64,000 nt of DNA, taken from NCBI RefSeq assembly GCF_006345805.1, contig NC_043008.1:46004001-46068000 (forward strand), written 5' to 3'. The notes beneath the pieces were generated by a model. It did not search any database. It had not been told where the DNA came from and saw nothing but the letters and a program-made list of their open reading frames with translations. A program made the position numbers and the translations under genes. Below, in pieces: positions 25,500 to 40,205 of this stretch (its first letter is position 1; each line of letters starts with the position of its first letter). This stretch comes from Octopus sinensis. Its lineage: Eukaryota.

Positions 25500-28400
25500 A
25501 CTCTCTATGTTCTCCTCCTTCAACCTAAGGGTGAATTCATGCAACATTTACTTATTTGTTAACAAAATTGCTGGGAAGCAGCACTTCCCTCGCCGCCCTC
25601 ACTTTCCCTTTCAAGTAAAACTTGTAAAAGTTGAGGACTTGGCCAAAGAGGAAAATCTGTCTTCAGCCATTTCAACTGGGTCCACCACAGAACCTCTTTT
25701 GTTAAGGCCACAAGGTAAAGGAAATCATTGTGAGGTCGCAGGATGATCTTCACAATGGACTGACCCACAGCCTGGTCCAGCCTTCATTTGACAGCATGTG
25801 TTTGACATAAAACAACAAGTCAGCAATGCGTGACTGCTTGACAAGAGCGCGCAGAGCAATGTTGTCGCTCTGCGCGCATCTCAGGCAAGCCCGACTGATG
25901 CCGCTACCATGCCTGTAGAGTTTAACCCGAATCGGCAATCCACCCTACCCCAAGCCAAGAATTTCTGAAAATTTTCCATATGCCCCGGCCCAAAAGTCTT
26001 CCGGAACTGACCGGAGCTAGTTGATACTTGTCGACACCCAGATAACGTCGTCTCACTTGCTGCTACTGACCCTCTAAAGAACGCCTGAGTGTAATTTCCA
26101 CAGACCGCATTGGCTAACCGACAGAGTACAGTGAGGGCCTGGCGATACTCTAGGAGCCAGGCATCCTGCCTTCGTCTACGCTTCGTCCAGAACAGCAGCT
26201 GACTCAAAGGGACGAGCTGTGGAAAATTCTCTGACAAACGGCAACCACACAGGCTCCGCGAATAGAAAGAGCTGGAGATCTCGTTGCCTCAGTACATGTT
26301 TTTACATTAGAAGCCACGGCATGCCCAGCGCTCCACTCAGCGGGTTTTGATTGCAAATGGAACGTCCGACCGGTGGAACGCACCCCTTCCGCAGTTAGCG
26401 AAATAGTATAAGCCCCAATGTAGTCAGACGTAAATTTGGGCAAAGGCACGATGGGTAGGCAGTGATATATAGCGGAGGCGATGTAAGCATTCCACACTTC
26501 TTCCCGGCCTTTCAGAGATTGCTTTCTCCTAGCCTATTTCTGGCCGAGATTGGCCAGCCTGTTCGTCATCTCGTCCCAATTCTTCTCCAACCGATGAACA
26601 GGACCAATCCATACACCAAGCAATTTAACCGGTCCCCTCTGTCCAGCATCCCACGACGTTATTTGATGGTATGGACCTGCCACAATAGGTGCCTAGCTGT
26701 AGGCCACTGGCATTTCTCGGTTGGTTTTTGCTCCCTTTACTCTTTCGTATTTATTTTAAAGCACTGCCGGCCAGATTTGTATATTTGATTTTCGACGTCA
26801 TGACGGTGGCTTCATCTGCGACATACCACTCGACGATTCCAATTTACGCTAGATCCAGTACAGAAGACGTGAGAGAGGACAGCTTTGACGGATCAAGCTC
26901 ATGATACTGAATGGTCCTGATAGGCAAACATTCACCTGAACTACCGGGTAGACTTCACTCTACATTGTGGCGATTCGGCCACAAAACGAGACCGAAAACT
27001 GATACCTTGAGAACGACCGCATAGTATTGATGGTCGGCCTTATTGAAGGATTTATATTGATACAAATCCCTCTTCTTTGCCTTCGCTTTCTTTACCCACA
27101 GAATTGGAGTTTGTAGTGGATGGCGCTGCTTATGATTCCGCATATTTGCCCATTAGTAATCAGGTACTCCACGACAAACACCAACCTTTTTCCTAACACC
27201 TTGGCCAATGTTTTTTAAATCTGCACTTAGTAGCGCCATGGGCCGAAAATTTTCTATTTGATTCCCCTTGTTTGTGTCCTTTTGCAGCAGTGTCACTACT
27301 CCTTGACTCAGAGAATTAGGAAATCTTTCTGTTCTTCTGTCAGGTGCCGTAGATATTTGCTGAAATACTACCAAACAATTCTGGCTTATATAAAGGTAAA
27401 TGTCGTAGGGTAGGCTATTGAAACCAGACAATTTTATCCTCGTGCAACACATCATTGCATCCCATATTTCCGTGACCGTTATCGGCAAGTCGCAACGCTT
27501 TGGACTCCCTTGTCGAAAGCCTTGGCATGACATCGAGGTAGGCACTGAAGTCCACCTTGCATTCTGCCCTGTCACTTGAACCAAACAGTTGGAGGACATG
27601 TTGCTGAAGTGTTGCTGATACACCTCACACATCTGCCCAGACTCGAGTACCGTACGCCAGAATTGTGGCTTTGTTTCCATGTTGCGTCTCTGCCACTTGG
27701 ACCCGTCGAGCGGCGTTCGTCTCCTTGTTAGATAGAGCACGCGTCTTAGCTCACATAATGCATCCTTCATGCTTAACATTTAAGAATTGGTCCAAGGACA
27801 ATCTCGCCGCCAGCACCTTATCACAATCGCTTTCCTCTATCTTGTTCCTCTCTACCATTAATGTCCTACGAAATATAATCCATTGGTGTTTTATTGCCAT
27901 TTTCAGGGCAAAGCACCATTTGTTGTTGACGATGGACCCCATCAACGCCCGCTTAACTAATTCGCTAATCCGGTCTCTAAAAGCTTGGCACACCGGGAAT
28001 GGCGCGTTCAGTTTTCCATAACCGGGTCTCTGCCTACGAAATCTGTGTGGATCACAAATTTGTGATTTGTGTAACTGACGATTTTAAAAAGTAGACAACT
28101 GATACTAACCTTATCTACCTGCCTACAGAATATTACAGAATAATCTGCAGCCCAGTGGAACCGATGTGGTTTGTCCATTCAGTATCAGTCAGACAGATGA
28201 GAACGTAGGAGCAAGTGTGCGAGGCTCTCGCCTCCAACTCTTTTAACAACTAGCCCTAAAAAATCGAAACGTGCACCTAAGAGGGCGCTCCAATTACCAA
28301 TTAGCACTAGAGGACGTGACGGTTTCGGGAAAACTTCCAGACGTCTGAAAAAAATTTGATTGCCCTGCCTCTGTCGGAGCATAAATAGTCACCAGTCTGA

Positions 28401-28715
28401 AGGCATCCCGTAGCTACTGTTCACATCCAGGACAACCGACTTAACTTCTTTATCGAGGAAGATTGTCCTTATCGAGATAGACTTCTCTGGAACAACACCA
28501 CAGTTCCACCCCTCATTCCTAGATGACATGGAGATAAGCAAATCTTGTATCCACCAAACAAAAGCCTGAAAACTCGTCCTTCTGGGATTTTGGCTTCACT
28601 GAGAGCCACTACACATAAATATATTGACCTGAGATCAATGAGTAGGTGGCACTCTTTTCAATCCTACCCTAGGCCATATGCATTTACACTACCTATTCTG
28701 AGCAACGCAGTGTTT
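25500..28715 (-). mobile_element. L1/Tx1-clade LINE ORF2 (APE-RT-Zn knuckle), heavily degenerate
   Basis: APE: SVNAYGL, VVALSE, YAP..FFRRLE..LVLIGNW, GYGKLNA. RT: LSGFNSLPYDIY, GVVTLLQKD..IENFRPMALLSADLK, CADE (degenerate YADD). C-terminal PIRVKLYRHG..CLRC. Confidence 0.85.
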
Positions 28716-29928
28716 GTCAGAGAGAAAGAAAAGGAAGAGGATCATTTATCCTTTTTTTGTTGAGCGACGGATATTGCGTTTCTCTGGTTATTTTGGGGTA
28801 ACTACACAAGCATTTCTTTATAGAGCCTTTTATTTATTGTCCCACAGAAATCTCCCATTTCTCCGGGCTACTTTGCTTTCAGCTTTGTAAGTTTCTTGTT
28901 TTTTCAACTGAATACATCCAATATTCGTCTACCACCATTCGCTGCCGATATTGTTGCTCTTATTACTGTCGCTGCCTTCGAAATAACATATTTGAGAATT
29001 TAGGGCATTTCCTCCTATTTACAGTTTGTATACTTTTCATTTCTCTTTCCCTTTTACATTTATGTTTGGGATTTGCATTATTGTTTTAGGGATTTATCGT
29101 GTGGTATATTTGTGTGCGGTCAACATCTTGGATGTAAGAATGCAATGTGTGCAAATAAAATTTTTAAGATTTCTAAATCAACTTAATTTCTTTCCGTCGC
29201 CGAGGGATTTGGATGCAAGCTTTCTTTAAAAGAGACTTGTTCTTCTTACAAGTTCTCCTAAAGAATGTTCCTTTGGTGACAGAGTTCATTAAGTTACAGT
29301 TCCAATATGGACCCGAATTACCAAAATTATCTTTGAAGTCTCCGGACGATAGAGACATAAATGGAGCAATTTTCAGCGACATCAGTCTTTCTAAACTAAC
29401 TTAGATTTTACAAAAGATGACGAGGACGACGACGACGACGACGATGATGATGAGGATGATGATGATGATGACGATTTATTTGTGTGCACTAAACTAAAAT
29501 TTAAATGGTACTTAGACACTTTCCTTCCACATATTTTGTGGGAATATTTCATGTCTGGTGTGATGGAGAATGTCAAACTAGAAAGAAAACAAGGCAAAGT
29601 AAAGCCAAAAACAAAAAAAAAAACAAAAAAGAAATGAGAAGAAAAAATTGGCAAAATTTCAGGTGCAGACTGATTGGTTGATGGCAAATGGCCCAACACT
29701 AGAATTGTTTATAGAGTCTGATGGTTCACAAAAGGGAGGCTGAATCTCCGAAGTGGGGGGGGGGGTTATGGGAAGATATGGGGGAGAGGGATTCTAAATA
29801 AATGAGTTAATCATGATCTGATGATCGGAGTTTCGGATTTATGCTCATTTATGCATCATAGACACATACACACGCACATGCATACAAGCATATATAGATA
29901 CATGTATACACACAACACACAAACACAT

Positions 29929-29991
<63 letters not shown>

Positions 29992-29992
29992 A

Positions 29993-30197
29993 GAGATGCA
30001 CATATCATCAGCCACTAAGGGACATGCTCAACTGGTTAAGGTCAAACAACTGACAGGCAAATCTGTGGTATTGAGCAGAATATTTGCTGTAAAACCCATC
30101 TTTTATACCAAGACAAAACAATGTACATGATAACACTTTCAATCAGTTAAGATCAGAAGCCATGAGAGCTACTGTTTTCCACTGCATCAAAGCATTT
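29993..30197 (-). repeat. Dispersed repeat, same family as 25155-25321
   Basis: Reverse-complement match over ~150 bp; abuts (ATT)n. Confidence 0.85.
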
Positions 30198-30231
30198 ATT
30201 ATTATCATTATTATTATTACACACATCCAAG

Positions 30232-30384
<153 letters not shown>

Positions 30385-30683
30385 TCGCACATGTGTGTGT
30401 GAGAGAGAGAGAGAGATGAAAGAATGCAAGGGAGATAATCAAGATGTGTAATGAAGGGCGTAGAAGAAGATAGGTGGCGAGATAGGCGTGATGGGAGTAA
30501 GGAAACAGCTCGCTGGCAGAAGCGAGATTAAATAAACAACTGCATTCAAATGTAAAAAGACTGGCGTGGCGATGCAATGTGGAGGAGCTGCGTAACTTGA
30601 GCACATTCTAAGGGCGTAGTATCAGTGATCGGCACAGCACGAATATGAATACTAACTCTTTTAAATATGTCTACGATGTGTGT

Positions 30684-30728
<45 letters not shown>

Positions 30729-32847
30729 GACGCTGGTGAATACGTGCGTGTGAAAGTGTTGTAGGTAAGGAGTTAAATATACAAATAACATACGAAGATG
30801 CACTCCTACATGCAGCCTTACATTTACACATGGTCGCATACACATGCAGACACACACGCGTACACATGTGTATATGATGTTCCATAGACTCGCCACGAAG
30901 TTTAAGGCTAAATCAACATGACCATCCTCAACGCTGAGTCTCTGGTCCCGAATTTCCAGCGCAAAATTTGAACCTTTCATCTTGGGCCCAACATATATAC
31001 TCTCATAATCATTCAAAGACAAATCGAAACTTCATATCGTTGCAAATTTGTGCCAACTTTCCCCACTCCCAACCCCCTCTCTACCAACACCAGTGCCGCT
31101 ACTAATACTAATACTAATAACTAAAACCCCTACATTCTTACCCGCTTAGCCCCAGCAACGACGAACTTGTCCTGAAAGAGGAGGGACTTCAACTCTTCAT
31201 CTTCCACATCAAATCAGCGCAAACTAAACTGTCCCCCGCCCTTTCTTAATCACAACATGTCATTTTCAAAGAAAGACTATACGCCGCCGCCGCCGCCGCC
31301 TTATCCCTTACTGCAGATTCTGCCAATGGAATGGCTTTAGGTAATTGCCAGCGTGGTGGTCATGTTTGGCGTTGTTGTGGTGGTCGTTGTCGTCGATGTT
31401 GTAGTTGTACTAGCAGCAGTAGTATTGTCTGGGACCTGTCGATGTCTCTAATGCACGTCTCTTCTGTGTCGTGGGCAGAAATCAGACAAGTGATTTCTGC
31501 GTCTGCATATCAATCAAAATCAATTTCCTGAAATTCACTATCGACTCCATCCATGATTGGATACGGATCTGATGGAAGTCTTGTCATTTTCGAGCGTCAT
31601 AAGTATTTGTATGTCAGTGTAGATACCATCGCACTTAATGCGGTTTTTCGTGACTCCTGCATTTAGTACCAACCCATGTTGTTTTTTGTCACTCCAACAT
31701 TTAGTACCAACCCATACTTTTGTCACGAATAAAACGAGAAGCTGAGAGTCAAGGGCGTTGCAAATTTCTGTGAACCTGAAATTTGTTTTTCGTCATCCAA
31801 CTTCTGTATCACAATTGAATGGGCGGTTGTTTATTGCCCCTGCTTGGCCTTTGTGTATGCTTCATCCTTATTCAAGGAAAAATACTCTTAAAGTCACGCA
31901 TGATTCACCACAGTTAACTGAATTAATCTCCCATCAAGTGTCAGCCAGTAGTAATAGTCACTGAAGTAAAGATATGGTTTACATAAATATTCTGAAATAA
32001 TTAATGTTGGTATACTTTAAGAAAATCATGCAAAATTGAAACCTAATCCAACTGAATATGAATGAGAAACCTAATTACGTAGGGATCGCGTACCAACAAG
32101 CTCTGTTAGGCTGTCAATTGTGGTATTGAAACCAGAAGCATCCTTCGATGCACCGGGTTTCAATAGTTTCCATTGAAGAAAGGACTAAAAATGCACCCTC
32201 TTCTCAGTATGCATCCTCTAGGGTACAAGTCATTAGTATGGTCTTTAACAATATGGTTTGTTCTAAATTCCTGCCATATCCCTTTACTCATAAGTCATTA
32301 ATATTAGAAGTCACAAATTTGAACTCAGGGACACGTTGCTTAATAACAGGACTTTCAACTTCATTACGTCTGTGAAGATGCATCCGATCCTGTTCCTTTA
32401 TTTCAACCGCCGATTTTTACATTGGTTTATTAGATCCCGTTTTAATATATTTTAGTGATGCCGGCAGCTTTTTCCTGTTTAACTATTCCCATTTACTGCA
32501 CAACATTGCAAAAGGACAATATGGCAGTACAGAGGTTCAGAGGGAAAGTCGTTTTCGTTCATTCATTCATTCGTTCGTTCATTCATTCATTCATTCACTC
32601 ATTCATTCTTTCTATATCGTTGCTTGTATCATTTGTAGCATCTCTTTTGGTATGCATGTATTCTATAAGGACAGCATTGTTTTCATTGGAGGAAACCTTC
32701 AACTCCATTGCTAACAGTGTTTTGCAAACACTGACTCATAAAATTAATTTTACTGCCATATATTCTGTAGTTTCAACTTATTTTCCGCATTATTACTTTG
32801 TGATTCTGTCTCTCCTTTGAGTCCTGGAGTTTTGAGAGCGTATATTA

Positions 32848-35614
32848 CACTGGTCTGCATGATTTTGTTTTTATTGACTGTATGGTATTTTTTCGAAGTA
32901 TATATGAAAAATAATGATTCATGATGTTTTTTTTTTATTCATCTCTATCACATCGGTTCTCAAATTATACAGAAACGTTACTTTTCTCTTTTTATGACAT
33001 AAGAAAATAATAAATGACGAGGGTGAGTCAAAAAGTAATGCCATTTTGTTTAGGACAGATATAATTACCAACACAAGAACATGTATCATACACAAAATTA
33101 AGCTGGTCCTCTTTGGATCACATCCCTACTTCTCAAATAGCAAAATTCCACCTTCGAATGAGAGCATGTGTCCCGTAAAATTCTGTTGACTTTTATTTGA
33201 GCCACTTCTTTACTACAGTTTTCACTTCCTCGTCACCAGATTTAGCGCCTTCAGACTATCATCTCTTCGGCCCCATGAAAGAGGGTTTGAGAGGCAAACA
33301 TTATTCCAGTCACGAGGAAGTGAAAACTGTTGTGAAGAAGTGGCTCAAAGAACAGTCAACAGAATTTTACGGGGCAGGGATACATGCTCTCATTCAAGGT
33401 GGAACATTGCTATTGAGAGAAACGGAGATTATATTGTGAAGCAGGGATGGGATCCACAGAGGACCAACTTCATTTTGATGTATGATACATGTTCCTCCTG
33501 TGTTGGTAATTATATCTGTCCTAAACAAAATAGGCATTACTTTTTGACTCACCCTCGTATATTACCAATGAAAATGCTTGCCTTATATTGACTTAAATAT
33601 TAAATCTAATATATTTCACTTTATTTTCAAATTGTGAATAAATCTTGAGGCTGCATACATTTGCCAGACATATTTTGCTATGTCTGCAGGCAATTTACTC
33701 CTTGAGATTTCCAGAGCAATATTACTCCTTTATTGAAACGCTGTCGTTTAGCTTCTTTTGGTTGCAAACTGGGAGACCAGAAGAAGCCATTTGACTCTCA
33801 CAAAGCTTGCAAGTATTGCATTAGTAAGCTCCAAATGTGATCAGGTAGATAACTGAAATGTATGCGCTTTGGAGTACGAATGGTATTGCGGAAGCAGATG
33901 AACCACGATGGTGACTGCTACTTCCGTACGACTTAAGTAACTGGATACAACAAGAAGACTAAGACACGCATAATATACCCAAATATTCCGTCAGCGATAA
34001 GGATTGTTCCACACTCAGATGATGTTTCTGCACCTGTGCCATCTGAGACACGGGAAATTTCACCAGAGTTTCATACTAGTCACACAAGTGAGATGGAATA
34101 GACTATGAACTACCAAAAAATGACGATGCCAAGCTCTTCATTCAAATTGAGCTGAATGACTTCGTGAGGGACTTTAGCGTTCCAAAAGAAAGTGCACAGT
34201 CACTGGGCTCTAGACTGAAGAATCATATGAGTCTAGCTTCTGCAACAACATTAGCTTGGTGCCGTCCTCGTGAAGAGGAATTCACTGAATTTTTTTTAAG
34301 AAACAGGATTCTTTAACTTTCAGTTCAATATATTTCAGGCCTTATTAAACACATGCAGATGTTGTACAAAGCAGATGAATGGAGGCTCTTCGTTGATTCT
34401 TCTAACAGAACTTTAAGTGCTGTTCTTCTCTACAATGGCAACACAGCTGCATCGGTTCCAGTTGGCCATAGTGTCCAAATGTCAGAAATTTAAGAAAATA
34501 GGAAGACATTGATCACTGCCATCAGAATACCATAATTGCAATTTCTCATTTGTGATGATTTAAAAGTTATTGCTCTCCTACTGGATGTTCAAGGGGGGAT
34601 ACACCAAGAATCCCTGTTTCCTTTGACTTTGTGATAGTAGGGCGGACAGCCAACACTATGAGCAAAAGGACTGGCTTCTTACCCAGAAATCACAACGTGA
34701 AAGCTGTGCCCCTAGTTGACTCCAAGAAAATTCTGCTGCCATTACGCCCCATCAAATTAGGGCCTATGAAAGATTTTGTGAAGGCCCCGAACAAGAATGG
34801 AGCGGCTTTCAGTTATCCGGAGTCAAAGTTCCCTCGCATAAGTGAAGACAAGCTAAAGAGAGGAATCTTTGCTGGTCCTCAGATTCAGTACTTGGTGAAG
34901 GACAAGCATTTTGAGGATGCAGGTGTCGGGTTGAGTGTCTGGTTTTCCTTCGAGCAGATTGTTGAAAACTTCTTGGGAAACAGCCGCTCCTCAGAATATG
35001 AAAAATTATCCAAGACCTGATCTCAAGTTTCTATCAACTTGAGTCTAGAATGAGTGACAAGATGCGCCTTTTGCACTCACATCTTAACTATTTTCCAATA
35101 ATTGTAAGGACTGCAGCAAAGAACAAGGAGAGTGGTTTCATCAGGATATTTGCACCATGTAAACTCGATACCAGGGCAAATGGGATGTGAGCATGATGGC
35201 GGATCTGCTGGTCATTAAAACGTGATATTCTGGATGTACAGCACAAGCGGAATTCAAAGCTGTCCTCCTCCATTTGAATTAATACGTATGCTAACTATTA
35301 GGAGCGTATTTTTTATTACATTTATTTCATTTGATGATTCCGAATTCCTTTTTATGTTAATTTTGAATAGACACGTTCTTAAAACTAACAAAATATGCTT
35401 TTACATGATTACTTGTTTTATTCTAATAAAGTAACAATTTATTAAAAGTTCACATTTTTTTTATTATCATTAATTCGAGATTTATTGAAAATCTTTACGG
35501 GAAAAAGTAAAATACTTTTGATATTTAAGATCAGCAAGCCAGGAATATGGAAGATCATATCCATGAGTAAAAATATCCATGAGTAAAAATAAACTTCTCA
35601 AATGCAGAACAGTG
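32848..35614 (+). mobile_element. Chapaev3-like (CMC/Transib-related) DNA transposon with both ends and a pseudogenised transposase (~33650-35230)
   Basis: TIRs cactg(g/t)tctgcat and TTA TSD (32845-47, 35615-17). Motifs PDIFCYVC, FGCKLGDQ, ELNDFVRD, WRLFVDSS, ICDDLKVI, KILLPLRPIKLG, GIFAGPQI, LHSHLNYFP, FHQDI, RYQGKW. Confidence 0.88.
33018..33557 (+). mobile_element. Mariner-derived non-autonomous element with ~125-bp inverted arms, nested in the Chapaev3-like element
   Basis: cgagggtgagtcaaaaagtaatgcc... / ...ggcattactttttgactcaccctcg-TA. Retains SPDLAPSDYHLFGPMKEGLRG..RWNIAIERNGDY. Confidence 0.92.
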
Positions 35615-37634
35615 TTACCTTTACTCACTTTGACTGCAAGCAATTGAATAAAAGTATTCTCTGTTTGGAACTTTTCATGTCAATGTTTCACGATAAAATT
35701 TTGTCACAATTTATTTCTGACGTAGCTTCTCCAGTTCCCTCAGTGTCTGATGGCATAATGTATTTATAATACAGAGATTTTTATTCTTGACCTTCATCAG
35801 TATAAGTGTTTGTTTGTTTTGATTGTGTTGTTAGTCTCGGATATTACGTCCGTGATTATTGTAACCAGGACACTGTCTTGTACCTGTCTGTTACCTGCTT
35901 AAACCACTTCTCCGCTTTCGCGCGAAAGTGAGATTGAATTATTTAAACGTTGTCTCACTTCGTTGATGCCATAATCAACACTATGTACTGAATATAAGAC
36001 ATGGAAGAATCATGATTTGCATTGTTTGATGTTACCGTTTCTGTTGTGAGTTTAAGACACATCACAATCGATTTTGAATCATTTCATGGGCAATTAACTA
36101 ATAAAACTGACGATCGTTTCAATCATCCCCCTCTCTATGCTTCACAAAATTATACTGTAAATACGGATTAAAGTTATTTGTGCTGTCGCTCCACCATAAT
36201 CTCGATAAATTCACCTATCTAATACATTCTCGACAATAACATTTATTTGTCTCTTGCAAATATTTCTGTAACTGCCAGTAGGCATGAATTATACAAAACA
36301 ACATTTTTTAGTTGCTAGGGAAAACTGTCAACAATCTCAATAAGTTATTTAGGAACTTTATTTAAATAGACGTTTTCTTTGGAATGAAAGAAAAAAATGT
36401 TACACACATGTTGTACATAATTTACCATCGAGATTCCTCGCAGACTATCATTTCCGTAATGTTAAGCTGTTTCAAGCTTTTAAGATGATTAGAAAATCAG
36501 AATTTTAAAAAGAAACCCCGTATTATTTACATGAAAGAATCTATACATCCGTCGGTTATTTATTCAAATAAAGATGAAGTCGCCTGAGCAAATATTGCGG
36601 AGAGAGTTTGAAAAATCTAAACAGCTGAGCGTTTGTTTAAAAGACATGGCATACTTTATCATAACTAATTGAAATAGTCTTATCATTATATTTATGAGGT
36701 GAACGCTACTTACGTTGAAATACGCTGAAATTGATATCAGTTAATGTTTGAGAAAGTTAGCTGCAGGGAAGCTAAACAGAAGCAAAATAAATATAAAAAA
36801 GGAAAATAAACACGTCATATATTTCAGACAAAAATATCATTTTTATTATGATTTACCGCAGAACATTTTTTCCTGTGAATATGAGATTCCAACACGTCAC
36901 ACATCAACAAAATTGCTTCCATCATAATCGTCCTCATTCTCATTATGACTATCATCATGTTGCGACTTTATATTCAAAAGAGTAACAACAAAACAGTGTT
37001 TGTGAATTTTCTCTTATCTAAAACATAATCCTAAAAGAACCTGCAAACCAGAATATATTCCAGCTGGGCTAATATCTTATTGCACGAACCAAAAAGGAAT
37101 TGGAGAACCTATTACAGCATAATGTTTAAGCAACCTCGGCAGAAAAATCAAATCAACGTCTCTGCCGCTAAAATATCTTCCACTCAGACTTTGGACGGTG
37201 TGGAAATAACACTGTTTGTTTTTGAATGTTGCAATTCAGATTTATAATATTTCTTGATATAAATTCGATGTTCAAAATGTTGCCAAAGATGGTGTGATTG
37301 TAATATTGCTGTAACGGGATCAAAAGTTCCTTTCATCAAAGTTTAAAATAATTTCTTTCAAATGAATTGATCGTTGTCAGTTATAGAAGTGACCATCTTC
37401 CCAAGAAAGCGTGCTCGAGAAGTGTATAAACATTTCGATGTAGATCTTTATTTCTTTACAAATATATCTGCTGCTAGTCTTCGTAGTGAGAAATTAATGC
37501 TGCTATTGTTCGTTTCTTTCTATGAGACATAAAACTAAGCCACGCCAGTGTTTTCTCTGTAATTCCATTTGTCTGCTTTAATATTTAATTAGAAGTGACA
37601 GAATGTGTGTATGTGTATATAAGCACAAACGCAC

Positions 37635-37681
<47 letters not shown>

Positions 37682-37704
37682 TGTGTATGTACATATGCGT
37701 TGTG

Positions 37705-37801
<97 letters not shown>

Positions 37802-38578
37802 TATATTGTGTACGTGTGCGATGTGAAAGATGTAGGTTACATGCAGACTGTTAGACATATAACGACACAGATTACAGAAAGAAATAATACGTTGAAGTAT
37901 GATATGAAAAAGTCTGGCAAACTTAAATTAAAGATGAGATGATTATGAAATGTCCAATGATCAGCTTCTTGCAATAGAAAATGGGATTTTACTAATTCGG
38001 CAAAATATCTTAACCAGCTTTCTCCCTCCATTCATAAAATGGTAGTCAGTAATCTATGATTATTGCATAAAGTTCCACAAGATCCAACTTTTTTTAAAAC
38101 GCAGATGTATAATCGTATGTGTTTATAACTTGAATATTTGGTAATACGAAACCTTATATTTTTCATATGCTTTTCGTCTGATTGCTTCTATTATTCTTTT
38201 CCAAATTTCTCTTCAAATTTCTCTTCGAATCTTTAAAATTGGCATATCATTTCATATGTGATGTAGAAGACTATTTTGTTTTCTACATCTTCCACCGTTT
38301 TCTTCAAGCTTTTCTGATTTAATTCATGTTACGGGTTATTTTTCCAAGTTATATTCGTTACTAAGCAGTCAGTGATAATTAGCATAAGCTATTTCTATGT
38401 TGTTGTCATTTGGATTGGGGTTAATTTTTTTTTGTAAATATCGCTTTAATTTTAATCTTCTCCGCACTAGGAACGTTAGTAGTTCCATAGGGGTTTCCCT
38501 GCGCCAAACTCGCGGCTCATATGTAATATCTGTATCTTTTCTGATATGAAATGTTTTCTCTTTCCTATATATACATAC

Positions 38579-38635
<57 letters not shown>

Positions 38636-38994
38636 ATTTGCCGACGATTGAACACGTATTTCTGAAGCTTCGGTTGATACTCCTGTTAAAAAATGTCGAA
38701 GGTAAGAAAATAGAGAAAATATAATGAATGTCATGGTTGAGGATCGATTATCTTGGAAGCTGCAATTTTTAACCAATCGGACAATGCTCTGCTTTTCTTT
38801 GGACTAGAACACAGCAAAATGATGAACATAGATTGTGTTTTTGAAATGACAACATAGCGAGCACCATTGAAAGCCACCAGCTGCGTCGGTGTGAACACTT
38901 TTATGCAGTATGTAATTCCATTTAAAGAGATTAGTTCGATGGTTGGATCACAGAAGCAGTTTCCTATATGCTGCAACGAGAAAGAAATATAATG

Positions 38995-39035
<41 letters not shown>

Positions 39036-40154
39036 TGTACACACACATACACACACATATATATACATATACACGCATATATATTTACATTCATATATAA
39101 AATTTGAGACATTATGGAACGTAAAATATAGTCCTTCAGTTCTTCAGTTGGATATACCTTAGAAATATCAGAGACACTGATATTTTTTCTCTGACTGACA
39201 TGTAAAGGTTTTTTTTTTTTGCTGCGATTTTTTTTTTGTCCTGTCACAAAATTGGTGGGAAGAAAGACAGACAAAGCCCCGGTCTTTATCCCATGCAATG
39301 CGGTACAATGTACGATACTAAAAGTAACCACTGACTGTATTGTAGAATCATGAACAGGGCGTTTACAGATTTTCTATCTTCTCACATTCGCTCACGATAT
39401 TGTATTGTTCCTAGGCTATGGAAGAGGGTCAGAAACACGGAGTTCTGCTGCCGTGTGATGTGACTGGGTTCCCAGCATTTTAACAACACTGTTATGCCAA
39501 CATTCATACCAATACCCACATACTTGTCCAAACAAAATACATAACAATCTCTCTCTCTCACTCTCCGAGTGAGTGGACAAAGGAAAGAAAGAGGCGCTGA
39601 ACACATTTTGTAGGAGTAAGATGTCTTATTGGTTCGCAATTCATTCGGCCTCCATGCGATTTAAAGTTTCATAGGATTCTTAAAGAAACTTAGCTTGTTC
39701 AGGCTCATATTACCGAATGGAGGCACCCAGGAAGACCAAGATGGTTGTTGGTAAATAGGGAGCTATCATTCAAGGCGGGACATATGGTATTATCGGTCGG
39801 CGTGTTGTCAGCGTACAATCGAGATTAGTAAGAGCAGTTCCAGTTATAACGACCATACAATACTCGTACTGTCGCTGTATCCTTGATCTTACGCTTACAC
39901 CTCCATGTCACTTGCCTTGACCAATAGCAGCCTTTTTTTCAGCAGCAATATTGGACTCCCTCTACCCCTCTATTCAGTAATCTGAGCCCGAAAGATCTGG
40001 GCCTTTGTATGAAACAGACAAAACTTTAAGTCGCATGAAGCTGAATCGAAATGTTTTAAAGAATAATAATAAGCATTACAAAGACAGTAACAATATATAT
40101 CACTGCCGTTAGGTTGTTAAATTGCTAATAAGGCACCCATATTATTTATAAAAT

Positions 40155-40205
<51 letters not shown>

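Noticed and set aside
32124-32165. Isolated hairpin tattgaaacc..gcatc..gatgc..ggtttcaata
   Set aside because: Single copy, short, with no supporting context.
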